A stretch of 62,938 nucleotides of DNA, the filler included, from Candidatus Eiseniibacteriota bacterium (GTDB taxonomy: Bacteria > Orphanbacterota > Orphanbacteria > Orphanbacterales > Orphanbacteraceae), in the NCBI GenBank assembly GCA_043809585.1. It is 5 parts of 5 records of this genome, joined end to end, with 100 filler letters (N's around TTAATTAATTAA, not from the genome) between each part and the next. Parts side by side here need not be neighbours in the genome. Positions count along the whole stretch, not along the records: positions 37,891 to 62,938 come from JBDROZ010000083.1; 4 more parts are not named here. One strand, written 5' to 3'. The position numbers and the translations under genes are program-made. Position 1 is the stretch's first letter. Every line of letters starts with the position of its first letter. Below, piece by piece: positions 39,545 through 49,248 of this stretch. The notes beneath the pieces were generated by a model that saw only the letters and a list, made by a program, of their open reading frames with translations, was not told the DNA's origin and ran no database searches.

Positions 39545-41625
39545 TGAAGTGGATGAGGGAGCCGACGCTGAAAACGTTGGGGCTCGGAAGTGTCCTCGAG
39601 ATCTTCGAGCGCGGAGAACTCCCCGTCGACGCGGCGGGCATGGTCGACGACATCTTCGGGCCCGCGGAGAGACGGGGGGCCTTCGTCGTTTCCGGCGCCA
39701 ACGGCATCGTAGGCGCCGGCAAAATGATGCAAATCGGGTCGAGGCTCGAGCCGTTCGGAGTAACGATGGTCGGGCTCGACTTTCCCGGCGCCGCCGACGG
39801 AATCGGCCGGCAGTATCCCGGGCTCCGGCGCGCTTTCGGAGACGGCGGGGCGGCGCGCATCATGTCGCGAATCGTCCGCCTTCATTACGACGGAAGGAAG
39901 CTTCCCGAGGAACTGAGCGCGTTTTGCCCCGCCTTCCTTCTCGAGGCGATCCCGGAGATCCTCGAGATCAAGAAGGCCCATTACGAGGTCTTTCGCGAGA
40001 CCTTTCCGGGGATCGAGATCCGCTCCGTGACTTCCGGCTTTCCGAGCGGGGCCCTCGGCGTCGGCATCGCCCACCCCGCTTTCCCCCACGAGATCAACAA
40101 GGTGTGGGAGACGGTGGAGCCCGAACCGGGACGGGCCGGCAAGCTCCTCTGGTCGCTCGGCCTCATCCCGATGCCGGTGAGCGACGACTGGTCCTTCGTC
40201 CTCGACGTGCTCTTTTGCGGGCTCACCCTCGCGGCGCTCCGATACCACCGCGCATCGAACCTTCCGTATTGGAGAATCGACAAGTACGTCCGCCGGCTCG
40301 TCGGGCCGAATCCGTTCCGGGCCCATGACGCGATCGGCGCGAAGGGGGCGAACTTCCTCACCTGGTCGTGCCTCCACCATCTCGCCGAGCGGTACGGCGA
40401 CGTCTTCACGCCGGCGCCCGAACTCGTCTACCGGAAGGAGAGCGGCGAGGACTGGTACCCGCAAAACCACTTCCGGCCCGTGGTCAACCGGCGCCTGGAC
40501 GGCGGCGAACACGACACCTTCGAGACGTGGATTCTCGGCCCCGTCATCCAGATGACGAGCCTCATGCTTCAAGAGTCCCGGTCCCATCTGACGCACATCA
40601 ACGCGATCGGCGAGATTTGCGCCCAGTTCCGGCCCGGCGTCCTCGCCCTCATCCGGAAACTCGGGCCCGACGAGGCGATCCGGCGCGTCGAGGCCTACCA
40701 CGCCCTTCATCCGGAGGCCGCCGGCGCGGCGTGGTACCCGGGTGCGCTCGGCAAGATGGAGGGGAGCGATTGGCGGCAGCTCTACGTCAACGCGGAACAC
40801 GACGGAACGGTCGGGGCGATCACCATCGCGCGGGAAAGCTACAATTCGGACGTCGACGCCGAATTGAATCGGGCCATCGACTGGCTGCGATCCGAGGGGA
40901 TCGAGCGCGTCATCGTGACCGGCGACTTCCACCTCACGACACAGCTCGTCGGCGCCGACACGAGCGAGTTCTACCCCGCTCTCGAAGACCGGGCCGCGGG
41001 CCTCGCCATCTCGACCGACTGGTCCCGCACGGCCCGGCGGCTCCATGACGATTTCCGCGTTTCCGTCGGCTTCGTGCGGGGCAAGCGTTGCCTCGGGGGG
41101 ATGCTCGAGCTCCTCATGCACTGCCATTACCTGGTCGCAGAAAAGGGAGCCTCCCTGGGCATGCCCGAGGTGACGCTCCCGGTCGTCCCGGGAATGGAAG
41201 GATGCCACTGGCCGCTCCGGAAGGCCCGCGAAGAGGACCGCCCGAAGATCATCGCGCTCCTCCTGACCGGGAGGTTCGTGAACGCGGGGGACGCCCTCGG
41301 CTGGCTCGTCGACTACGCCGGGGAGACCGGCGAGGCGCTCCGGGCGGCGTGGAAGATCGCCTCCGGCGGCAAGCATGGAATCGCCGAGAGACCGGTCGAG
41401 AAGGGCCCTTTCGAGGCGCCGCCCGAGGGACGGATCCCGGCGGCGGACGGTGCGGCGATGGCCGCGGCGCGGAAGGCGATCCTCGCGTGCATTCGGGAGT
41501 CGTGCGGCGCAGCCCTCCCGGAGGCGCTCGACGTTCAGGCAAGGCACTCGGCCCGCTTCATGGGGGGCGATGAGTGCCGCCGCGGCTTGATCGGCTCCGA
41601 AGCCGAGAAGACGATGAAGCTGTAG
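39541..41625 (+). CDS. 3-hydroxyacyl-CoA dehydrogenase / enoyl-CoA hydratase fusion (HAD N-terminal, crotonase C-terminal)
   Basis: GANGIVGAG, LEAIPEILEIK, TSG, AHP; crotonase GGMLEL and GMPEV..PG; ATGA overlap with the thiolase. Confidence 0.8.
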   Translation: MMKWMREPTLKTLGLGSVLEIFERGELPVDAAGMVDDIFGPAERRGAFVVSGANGIVGAGKMMQIGSRLEPFGVTMVGLDFPGAADGIGRQYPGLRRAFGDGGAARIMSRIVRLHYDGRKLPEELSAFCPAFLLEAIPEILEIKKAHYEVFRETFPGIEIRSVTSGFPSGALGVGIAHPAFPHEINKVWETVEPEPGRAGKLLWSLGLIPMPVSDDWSFVLDVLFCGLTLAALRYHRASNLPYWRIDKYVRRLVGPNPFRAHDAIGAKGANFLTWSCLHHLAERYGDVFTPAPELVYRKESGEDWYPQNHFRPVVNRRLDGGEHDTFETWILGPVIQMTSLMLQESRSHLTHINAIGEICAQFRPGVLALIRKLGPDEAIRRVEAYHALHPEAAGAAWYPGALGKMEGSDWRQLYVNAEHDGTVGAITIARESYNSDVDAELNRAIDWLRSEGIERVIVTGDFHLTTQLVGADTSEFYPALEDRAAGLAISTDWSRTARRLHDDFRVSVGFVRGKRCLGGMLELLMHCHYLVAEKGASLGMPEVTLPVVPGMEGCHWPLRKAREEDRPKIIALLLTGRFVNAGDALGWLVDYAGETGEALRAAWKIASGGKHGIAERPVEKGPFEAPPEGRIPAADGAAMAAARKAILACIRESCGAALPEALDVQARHSARFMGGDECRRGLIGSEAEKTMKL

Positions 41626-41690
41626 AATGTCGGGCTTCCGGGGACGAGGAAGAAGCGGATCGCGGGGCGGAACGGATTCGCGAGCGGGCC

Positions 41691-42629
41691 CTACGAGCCG
41701 CCGATCGTCTCCCACATCTTTCGGAGATACACCTCGATCATGTCGCGGCGGTGGTCGAGGGGAAGCGCGTCGTTCTTGACCGTCCGGCACTCCTTTCGCG
41801 CCCGGCGGACCAAGTTATCCGGTTCGTCCCGTCCCGAGGGATCGCAGTCGATCAGGACCGGCGCCGGTGAAACGCCTCCAAGAGAGACGCGGATTCCTTC
41901 CCCGGGCCGGGCGGCCGCGGCGACGGTGAGCGAGGAGAAGTCGACGCTCCGCCGGAGCCGGAGCTTCTTGTACCACCAGGCGGCGGTCCGGCCCGGCACC
42001 TCGATCCCCGTGAGAATCGCGTCCCCCTCCAGGCCCCGGTGGCTCGCCATTCCGTCCTGCGCGTAGAGGCCGGACAGGGGGTCGCGACGCGTCCCGGTCC
42101 GGTCGCGGATCTCCGCTTTGGCGCCCAGCGCGAGCAGCGCCGGGGCCGTATCGGAAACGTTCCGCGCGAAGCAGCCCGTCTCCGCCCCCGTGACGAGGCA
42201 TGTCTCCCCGCCGTCGCGAAGACAGGAACCGATCGCGACGCGCCACTGGAGCGACTGGTTGTAGAACGAGCACCGGTTCCGAACGAGCAGGTTGCCGCCG
42301 AGGGTGGCGGTCTTCCGGATCACGGGGCTCGCGACGGCCCGGGCCGCCTCGGCGAGAAGAGGGAGTTTCTCGCGAACGAGAGACGAACCCTCGATCTCGG
42401 CGAGGGTCGTCATCGATCCGATCGCGATCGAATCGCCCCTGTCCGCGACGCCCGACAGCCCTCCGATTTCCGTCAGGTCGATGAGAACTCGCTCGGCCAC
42501 GAGCCGCTGCTTCAGATGGACGATGAGGTCCGTGCCGCCCGCAATGTAGGCGTAGTCGCCCGGATGCCGCCCGGCCGCCGCGAGGGCTTCGTCGATCGTT
42601 CGGGGGCGCAGGTACTCGGCTTCTCTCAC
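41691..42629 (-). CDS. hcrB: 4-hydroxybenzoyl-CoA reductase beta subunit (FAD + 4Fe-4S)
   Basis: IAGGTDL, ATLGGNL; HcrB-type insert RCSFYNQS.QWR...GSC...GETC.....GCFA; LRRSVDF. Confidence 0.88.
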   Translation of the reverse strand: MREAEYLRPRTIDEALAAAGRHPGDYAYIAGGTDLIVHLKQRLVAERVLIDLTEIGGLSGVADRGDSIAIGSMTTLAEIEGSSLVREKLPLLAEAARAVASPVIRKTATLGGNLLVRNRCSFYNQSLQWRVAIGSCLRDGGETCLVTGAETGCFARNVSDTAPALLALGAKAEIRDRTGTRRDPLSGLYAQDGMASHRGLEGDAILTGIEVPGRTAAWWYKKLRLRRSVDFSSLTVAAAARPGEGIRVSLGGVSPAPVLIDCDPSGRDEPDNLVRRARKECRTVKNDALPLDHRRDMIEVYLRKMWETIGGS

Positions 42630-44908
42630 TTCTTCCCGACCCTCCGGATTTCGCGGAGCACCTTCTCCGGCGTGATCGGCAACTCCCGCATGCGGACCCC
42701 GACAGCATCGTGGATGGCGTTCCCGATCGAAGGGAGAACCGGGTGAATCGGCCCCTCGCCCGCCTCCTTCGCCCCGAACGGGCCTTCCCGATCATTCGAC
42801 TCGACGATGGTCACGTCCATCTCGGGTGTGTCCAGGGTCGTCGGAATCCGGTAGTCCGTGAAGTTCGCGTTCACGATTCGCCCGCCTTCATAACGGAGTT
42901 CCTCGGTGAGCGCCTGCCCGAGTCCCATGTGGATACAGCCCTCGATCTGCCCTTCCACGGCGAGCGGGTTCAGGGCCTTGCCGCAGTCGTGGGCCCCCCA
43001 CACTTTCACGACCCTGACGACCCCCGTGTCCGGCTCCACCTCCACTTCGCTGATGAACGCGCCGAAGCTGTAGGCCGGGCTTAAGCCCGCGCCGGACCCC
43101 TTGAACTTCCCCCCCATTTTCGGCGAGACATACATCCCCGATTCGACGAAGGAACCGCACCCGGCGAGGGCGATCTCGACCGCCTCGGCCCAGGTCAGGG
43201 AGAGAGAGCCGCCCTCGGTCCCGACCGTTCCGCCGGCGAACCTCAGGTCCCCGGCGGCGACCCCTTTTTCCTCGGCGACCGCGGCCGCGATCCGGTCGCG
43301 GATCTTCTCCACCGCCGATTTGGTCGCGTTGCCGGCCATGAACGTCACGCGGCTCGAATAGCTCCCGAGGTCGACGGGCGTGAGCATCGTGTCCGCCGAC
43401 TCGACTCCGACGAGATCCATCGAGATTCCGAGGACCTCGGCGGCGATTTGCGCGAAGATCGTATCGCTCCCCTGCCCGATGTCGCTCGCCCCGCTGAAGA
43501 TCACGACGCGGCCGTCGAGATCGAGTTTCCCGTGAACGACGGTCTGGGGATAACGATTCCATATGATCGGGAGGGCGCTTCCCGAGATGTAGAACCCGCA
43601 GGCGACGCCGAGGCCGCGGCCGTAGGGAAGCCCGCCGCGCCGCCCGTCCCATCCCGAGCGCTCCCGAACCGCCCGGAGGCACTCCCTCACTCCGTTGCTC
43701 GTGATCCGGAGCCGGCCGACGGTGAGTGTGTCGGAAGGGAGGAAGTTCCGCTCCCTGAGGTCGCACGGATCGATGCCGGCCTTCTCGGCGAGCATGTCGA
43801 GGGCCACTTCCATCGCGTAGCGCGGGTTGACCGCGCCGTGACCGCGCATGGCGCCGCACTGCGGCTTGTTGGTGTAGACGCGGCGCGTGCGGAAACCGAA
43901 CCGGTCCACCCGGTACGGACCCTGAAGGAGAACCCCGTTGTAGTACGTCGTGACGACTCCGAAGCTTCCCGAGGCGCCCCCGTCGATCACGATGTCGGCG
44001 TCGATCCCGGTGAGCGTCCCTTCGCCGTCACAGCCGACGGAGAGGGTCATCTTCGTCGGGTGACGGCCGTGGTTCGCCAGAAAGACCTCCTCCCGCGAGA
44101 ATACCGTCTTGACGGGCCGCTTCGTCTTCAGGGCGAACCAGGCGGTGATGATCTCGTGGGGGAAGGGATCGCTCTTTCCGCCGAATCCCCCGCCGAGCGC
44201 CGGCTTCTTCACGCGGACGCAGTGCATCGGAAGGCCCAGCACCCTCGAGAGCGTGCGGTGCAGGTAGTGGGGGACCTGGGTCGCGCTGATGACCGTGAGA
44301 CTTCGGCCCTCGTCGACGAGCGCCACCGTCGCGTGAGGCTCCAGGAACGCGTGGGTCACGCCGGCGAAGGAAAACTGCTCAGTGCAGCGGAGCGGTGATT
44401 CGTCGAGAGCTTTTTCGGGTTCGTGGAAGCGCATCTCGGCGATCTTGTGGATGTTCGTGTTCCCCTTGCCGTGAGGGTGGATCTTTTCGCCCTCCCGGCA
44501 CTCCTCGAGAGACTCCTCGGGGGTGAGAAACTCACGGATCGGCTCGTACTCGACGCGAATGAGGCGGATCGCCTCTTCCGCCGCCGCCTCGCTCTCCGCG
44601 GCGACCGCGGCGACGATCTCCCCGACGTACCTCACCTTCTCGACCGCCATGGCCGTCTCGTCGCGGCTCACGGTGAGAACGCCGAAGGTCTCCGGCATGT
44701 CGACGCCGGTCGCCAGGGCCGCCACTCCGGGGGCTTTCGCGGCCCCCTCGGTGTCGATCTTCACGATTCGGGCGTGGGGGTGCGGGCTCCGGAGGAACTT
44801 CACGTGCAGCATGTTCGGGAACCGGAAATCGCCCGAGTACTTCACCTGCCCCGTCACCTTGCCGACGGCATCGATATAGGGAGTCCGCTTTCCGATCGGT
44901 CCGCTCAT
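42626..44908 (-). CDS. hcrA: 4-hydroxybenzoyl-CoA reductase alpha subunit (molybdopterin)
   Basis: KVTG..Y..D, TQVPHY, GGGFGGK, GAMRGHG, DLGSYSSRVTFMAGNA, FGAKEAGEG; true start MSGPIG at 44908. Confidence 0.88.
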   Translation of the reverse strand: MSGPIGKRTPYIDAVGKVTGQVKYSGDFRFPNMLHVKFLRSPHPHARIVKIDTEGAAKAPGVAALATGVDMPETFGVLTVSRDETAMAVEKVRYVGEIVAAVAAESEAAAEEAIRLIRVEYEPIREFLTPEESLEECREGEKIHPHGKGNTNIHKIAEMRFHEPEKALDESPLRCTEQFSFAGVTHAFLEPHATVALVDEGRSLTVISATQVPHYLHRTLSRVLGLPMHCVRVKKPALGGGFGGKSDPFPHEIITAWFALKTKRPVKTVFSREEVFLANHGRHPTKMTLSVGCDGEGTLTGIDADIVIDGGASGSFGVVTTYYNGVLLQGPYRVDRFGFRTRRVYTNKPQCGAMRGHGAVNPRYAMEVALDMLAEKAGIDPCDLRERNFLPSDTLTVGRLRITSNGVRECLRAVRERSGWDGRRGGLPYGRGLGVACGFYISGSALPIIWNRYPQTVVHGKLDLDGRVVIFSGASDIGQGSDTIFAQIAAEVLGISMDLVGVESADTMLTPVDLGSYSSRVTFMAGNATKSAVEKIRDRIAAAVAEEKGVAAGDLRFAGGTVGTEGGSLSLTWAEAVEIALAGCGSFVESGMYVSPKMGGKFKGSGAGLSPAYSFGAFISEVEVEPDTGVVRVVKVWGAHDCGKALNPLAVEGQIEGCIHMGLGQALTEELRYEGGRIVNANFTDYRIPTTLDTPEMDVTIVESNDREGPFGAKEAGEGPIHPVLPSIGNAIHDAVGVRMRELPITPEKVLREIRRVGKK

Positions 44909-45372
44909 CCCGATTCCTCGTTCCCGGCGGCGCGCACGGCCTCGATAATCTTGGCGAAACCGGTACACCGGCAGAGATTTCCGGCGAGGGCCTCCCGCAC
45001 GTCCGCCTCGGAGGGACATCGGTTCTCCTCGAGGAAGGGGATCGACGTCATGACGATCCCGGGCGTGCAGTAGCCGCACTGCATCCCCCCCCTCTCGACG
45101 AGCCGGCGCTGAACCGGATGGAGATCCTCTCCTCTCGCGACCCCCTCGATCGTGACGATCTTCTTCCCTTCGCAACGAAGGGTCGGCGTGATGCAGCCGA
45201 GGACGGGCCGGCCGTCGACCAGAACCGTGCACGCTCCGCACGAGCCGGAGTCGCACCCCGGCTTCGTGCCGGTCAGCCCGATCCGTTCCCGAATCGTGGT
45301 GAGGAGCATCTCGTGCGGATCGACGAGGAAGGGCCGGTCGAAGCCATTCACGTTCAAGGTCACCGCCCGCAT
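44905..45372 (-). CDS. hcrC: 4-hydroxybenzoyl-CoA reductase gamma subunit (2x 2Fe-2S)
   Basis: GTKPGCDSGSCGACTV..C; QCGYCTPG; NLCRCTG. Confidence 0.88.
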   Translation of the reverse strand: MRAVTLNVNGFDRPFLVDPHEMLLTTIRERIGLTGTKPGCDSGSCGACTVLVDGRPVLGCITPTLRCEGKKIVTIEGVARGEDLHPVQRRLVERGGMQCGYCTPGIVMTSIPFLEENRCPSEADVREALAGNLCRCTGFAKIIEAVRAAGNEESG

Positions 45373-45375
45373 CGC

Positions 45376-46557
45376 TCAATCCTCCAACGTCTCGATCATC
45401 ATCGCGACGCCCTGGCCGTGGCCGACGCAGAGAGAGGCGATACCGCGGCGGAGCCCCTTCGCGGCGAGGGCGTGGGCGAGGGTCACGGCCAGGCGGAGGC
45501 CCGAGGCCCCGAGCGGATGCCCGATCGCGACGCCCCCGCCGTGCACGTTCACCCGGCCCGGATCGATGCCGAGCTCCTCTTGGCACGCGAGGATCACGAC
45601 CGCGAACGCCTCGTTGATCTCGAAGAGATCGATGTCGCCGATGGACATGCCGGCGCGGGACAGGAGCTTCCGAATCGCCAAGACCGGGCCGAGTCCCATG
45701 AGGGACGGTTCGAGGCCGACATTCGCCGTCCCGAGAACTCTCGCCAGCGGAGGGCGGGCGAACCGGCCGAGCCCTTCGAAGCCGGAGAGGACGGCCATGC
45801 ACGCCCCGTCGGAGACGCCCGAGCTCGTCGCCGCCGTAACCGTTCCCCCCTCCAGGAAAGGTGTGTGGAGGGCGGCGAGCGTTGCGAGATCGGAGAGGCG
45901 CGGCTCCTCGTCGTCGACGACCGTCTTCCCGCCCGGAAGCCGGATCGGAACGATCTCCCTCGCGAAGAAACCGCTCCTCTTCGCTTCGAAGTAGCGCCGG
46001 TTGCTCTCTAGTGCGAATGCGTCCTGTTCCTCGCGGCCGACGCCGCGCTCTCCCGCGAGTTTCTCCGCCGTCAGACCCATGTTCGTCCAGCGAAACTCGG
46101 CCCCGCGGAAGAGGTCCTCGTGGTAGGCGGTCGACGCGGTCATCGGGACATGGCCCATGTGCTCGACGCCGCCCACGAGAACCAGCTCGTTCGTCCCGGC
46201 CCGAATTGAGTCGGCCGCCATCTGAAGGGCGGTCAGGCTCGACGCGCAGAGACGATTCACGGTCACTCCCGGAATCGTCGTCGGCAGTCCCGCGAGCAGG
46301 AGGACGAGCCGGGCCAGGTTCTTTCCCTGCTCGAGGTGCTGGCCGACGCACCCCAGGTAGAAGTCGTCGATCGCGGGCTCCTCGAGGCCGGTCCGCGCGA
46401 GAAGGGCTCCGAGCGTCTGCACGGCCAACTCGTCGGCGCGCAGATCGCGGTAGATCCCCTTTTCCGGGTGCCCGCGGCCGATCGGGGAGCGCAGACCGTC
46501 GACCAGGAAGACGTCGTTTCCGCTCATCTCGTACGCCGGACGGCCGGACGCGCTCAT
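45376..46557 (-). CDS. Acetyl-CoA C-acyltransferase (FadA-type thiolase)
   Basis: NRLCASS, EINEAFA, GHPLGASG, LCVGHGQG. Confidence 0.92.
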   Translation of the reverse strand: MSASGRPAYEMSGNDVFLVDGLRSPIGRGHPEKGIYRDLRADELAVQTLGALLARTGLEEPAIDDFYLGCVGQHLEQGKNLARLVLLLAGLPTTIPGVTVNRLCASSLTALQMAADSIRAGTNELVLVGGVEHMGHVPMTASTAYHEDLFRGAEFRWTNMGLTAEKLAGERGVGREEQDAFALESNRRYFEAKRSGFFAREIVPIRLPGGKTVVDDEEPRLSDLATLAALHTPFLEGGTVTAATSSGVSDGACMAVLSGFEGLGRFARPPLARVLGTANVGLEPSLMGLGPVLAIRKLLSRAGMSIGDIDLFEINEAFAVVILACQEELGIDPGRVNVHGGGVAIGHPLGASGLRLAVTLAHALAAKGLRRGIASLCVGHGQGVAMMIETLED

Positions 46558-47303
46558 AGCACGCCGGCGCCGATGCTCCTCCCTCCGTCCACGTGGATCA
46601 CCTGGCCCGTGATGAACGCCGCCTCCTCCGACGCGAGAAACGAGACCGCCGCGGCGACATCTTCCGGCCCTCCCGCCTTGCCGGAAGGCTGCAGCCTCAC
46701 GAGCTTCTCGTAGACCGCGCCGGGAAGGGCCCGGGTCATCGGCGTGTCGATCAGTCCCGGCGCCACGGCGTTCACCGTGATGCCGTTCCGGGCGAGCTCG
46801 AGGGCGAGGGATCGCGTGAATCCGACGACGCCCGCCTTCGACGCGGAGTAGTTCGTCTGCCCCGGGTTACCGAGCCAGGCGCGGGAGGCGATGTTTACGA
46901 TGCGCCCCGAACCCTGCCTGCGCATGACGGGAGCCACCTCCTTCGCGACGATCCAGGCCCCCTTCAGATTGACCGTGAGAACCGCGTCGAAGTCCTCTTC
47001 CGGCATCCGCCAGATCACGTTGTCCCGGAGGATGCCGGCGTTATTGACGAGGACATCGATACGCCCGGTCCGATCGAGGACGGCGGAGACGAAGCGCGCC
47101 ACGTCCTCGGAACGGGTCACGTCGCCCGTGAAGGAGCGGGGATTCCCCTCCTCCGCCGACGCTTCCTCGCCGAAGCCGATGTCGATCACGAAGACCGACG
47201 CCCCCTCCGCCACGAAGCGTTCGGCGATCGACCGCCCGATTCCGCGGGCCGCCCCCGTCACGACGACACTCTTCTCTTCGAACCGTTTCAACGGTCTTTC
47301 CAT
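46554..47303 (-). CDS. SDR oxidoreductase (FabG/BzdZ-like; putative 3-hydroxypimeloyl-CoA dehydrogenase)
   Basis: TGAARGIG, NNAG, ASRAWLG, YSASK; operon context. Confidence 0.85.
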   Translation of the reverse strand: MERPLKRFEEKSVVVTGAARGIGRSIAERFVAEGASVFVIDIGFGEEASAEEGNPRSFTGDVTRSEDVARFVSAVLDRTGRIDVLVNNAGILRDNVIWRMPEEDFDAVLTVNLKGAWIVAKEVAPVMRRQGSGRIVNIASRAWLGNPGQTNYSASKAGVVGFTRSLALELARNGITVNAVAPGLIDTPMTRALPGAVYEKLVRLQPSGKAGGPEDVAAAVSFLASEEAAFITGQVIHVDGGRSIGAGVL

Positions 47304-48073
47304 TCCGGTTTGCGCCGCTCCAGGAAGGAAAGAATCCCTTCGTTCCCGTCTTCCGTTTCCATGAGCCCGCCTGTGTAAAGTCCCTCGAGCCTTTCAAGGC
47401 CATCGAGGAGGCTCTCGTGAAAGCGCCATTGCGCCGCCCGAACGGCAAAGCGAAGCGACGAAGCGCTTCTCGGAAGGATGTGCTTCCCGATCCACTCGTC
47501 GACTCCGGCCTCCATCGATTCCCGATCGCCGTAGGCCGTCGTCGCGAGTCCGATCGCCGCCGCGTCCGCCCCCTTGATCGAACGTCCCGTGAGCAGGAGA
47601 TCGTCGGCCCGCGCCTGCCCGATCTTCATCGGAAGAATGAGTGATGCCGGCGGCGCGAAGACCCCGAGCTGGATCTCCGGGCAGCCGAGCCTCGCCGTCT
47701 CGTCCACGAACAGGAAGTGGCACGCGAGCGCCAACTCGAACCCGCCGCCGAGGCACTGGCCCGAAACGACCGCCGCCGCCGGAACGGAGGACCGGACGAG
47801 GGACCGGAAGAGGCCGTGAAACTGCCGCAGCATCTCCGGCGCCCTTTCCTTCGTGTGCTCCTCCACGCTCGCGCCGAAACTGAAGTGATCTCCTGCCCCC
47901 GTGATCAGAAGCAACTTCACCTCCGGCCGACCCTTCAGGCCGTCGAGCTCGGTTTGCAGCCCCGCCATCATCTCCCCGTCGAGGATGTTCCCCTTCGGCG
48001 CGTTCAAAGTGATTCGAAGGACCTGTCCGTCATGAGCCGGTTCGCCGATGATCTTCCCCGCCATCTCGCTCAC
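47288..48073 (-). CDS. dch: Cyclohexa-1,5-diene-1-carbonyl-CoA hydratase
   Basis: PKGNILD, HFSFGASVEEH, CLGGGFEL, PEIQLGVFAP; follows oah. Confidence 0.88.
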   Translation of the reverse strand: MSEMAGKIIGEPAHDGQVLRITLNAPKGNILDGEMMAGLQTELDGLKGRPEVKLLLITGAGDHFSFGASVEEHTKERAPEMLRQFHGLFRSLVRSSVPAAAVVSGQCLGGGFELALACHFLFVDETARLGCPEIQLGVFAPPASLILPMKIGQARADDLLLTGRSIKGADAAAIGLATTAYGDRESMEAGVDEWIGKHILPRSASSLRFAVRAAQWRFHESLLDGLERLEGLYTGGLMETEDGNEGILSFLERRKPEWKDR

Positions 48074-49248
48074 CTCGGCAGAATCGCGTCGACGAGTTCC
48101 TCATCCCACGGATGGCCCTCGGCGAGCATGCGTCGCAGTTTCACGAAATCAACCTCCCGGTTCCCCTTCGGCCCTTCGTTGAACGCCCGGAACCCCGCTT
48201 TCGCCTCGGTCATCATGTTCAAGGCGAGCCAGTCTCGGTTGGACTGCTGGTTCCGGTCCCAGTGCTCGAGCTTCTTCTTGCGCACGCTGTTCAGCGTCTT
48301 GTTCACGCAATCGGGCATCATGTAGAGGAAACTCGTGGCGAGTCGTCCGACGGCCTCATCGAGCGGCGTGAGGTCGATCGTTCCCGCCCCGAGCGTCTCC
48401 TTCCCCGCTTTCTGGTCGTCGCCCCTCTTCCGCCGGCCGTACACGACGGCACCCGATTCGTCCAGCCAGCGGTCCGTAACGACGAGCGGGTTTCTGACGA
48501 ATGCCCCTCCTACCTTCAGCACGGGCACGACCTCCGTGATCAGGCCGAAAAGCTTGGCCTCGTAGGCAGACCACATTTCACAAAGCGTGCAACTCTGAAT
48601 CGCCCGCTCGATGCCCACGAAGAGGTGCAGGAAGTCGGTGCTCCCGCCGTCCGGAGCGCTTCCGTGCTTCGACCCGGCCTGTCCGAAGACGGCCAGGTCG
48701 CTCGCGACGGTCAGATCGCACGCCATCCCGATCTCCTGTCCGCCGGCGATTCTCATACCATTGACGCGGCAGATCACGGGCTTGTCGCAGTGGAGGATCG
48801 ACGTGATCATGTCGTTGAAAAGGCGCATGTACTGCTTGTACTCGAGGGGCCGCCCGGCGTAGTACTCGGCGTACTCCTTGGTGTTCCCGCCGGTGCAGAA
48901 AGCACGGTCCCCGACGGCGCTGAAGACCACAGAAACGACGGAGCGGTCGTTCGACGCCTGCCGAAAGGCGAGAATGACCTCCTTCACGGCCGCCGTCGTG
49001 TACGAATTGTACTGCTTCGGATTGTTCAGGAAGATCCACGCGTTGTGAAGCCCCTCGACCGGCTTCCCGTCCATGCCGATACAAGGACGAAGCTCGTAGA
49101 GGATTTCGCTGAAATCGTGCTCCACGATGTTGTGACTGACGAGATCGTGGCCCATGGTTCGATGTCTCCCTCTTAGGCGCGGAACGTCCGTCCGCGCGGT
49201 CTCCTCCGGGGCGGCCCCGCCGGCCGACCGGGTCGTTTCCATCTCCAT
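48070..49248 (-). CDS. oah: 6-oxocyclohex-1-ene-1-carbonyl-CoA hydrolase (ring opening)
   Basis: NAWIFLNNPKQYNSYTT, FCTGGNTKEYAEYYAG, RVNGMRIAGGQEIGMACD, WLALNMMTEA (BamA/BzdY). Confidence 0.95.
   Translation of the reverse strand: MEMETTRSAGGAAPEETARTDVPRLRGRHRTMGHDLVSHNIVEHDFSEILYELRPCIGMDGKPVEGLHNAWIFLNNPKQYNSYTTAAVKEVILAFRQASNDRSVVSVVFSAVGDRAFCTGGNTKEYAEYYAGRPLEYKQYMRLFNDMITSILHCDKPVICRVNGMRIAGGQEIGMACDLTVASDLAVFGQAGSKHGSAPDGGSTDFLHLFVGIERAIQSCTLCEMWSAYEAKLFGLITEVVPVLKVGGAFVRNPLVVTDRWLDESGAVVYGRRKRGDDQKAGKETLGAGTIDLTPLDEAVGRLATSFLYMMPDCVNKTLNSVRKKKLEHWDRNQQSNRDWLALNMMTEAKAGFRAFNEGPKGNREVDFVKLRRMLAEGHPWDEELVDAILPR

Noticed and set aside
41691-45372. Xanthine or CO dehydrogenase assignment
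   Set aside because: The HcrB-type 4-Cys insert, the AMRGHG motif and the bcr context favour 4-hydroxybenzoyl-CoA reductase
42626-46351. 1241-aa ORF suggesting a giant HcrA fusion
   Set aside because: The N-terminal 481 codons are an off-frame read-through of the thiolase and hcrC; the true start is 44908
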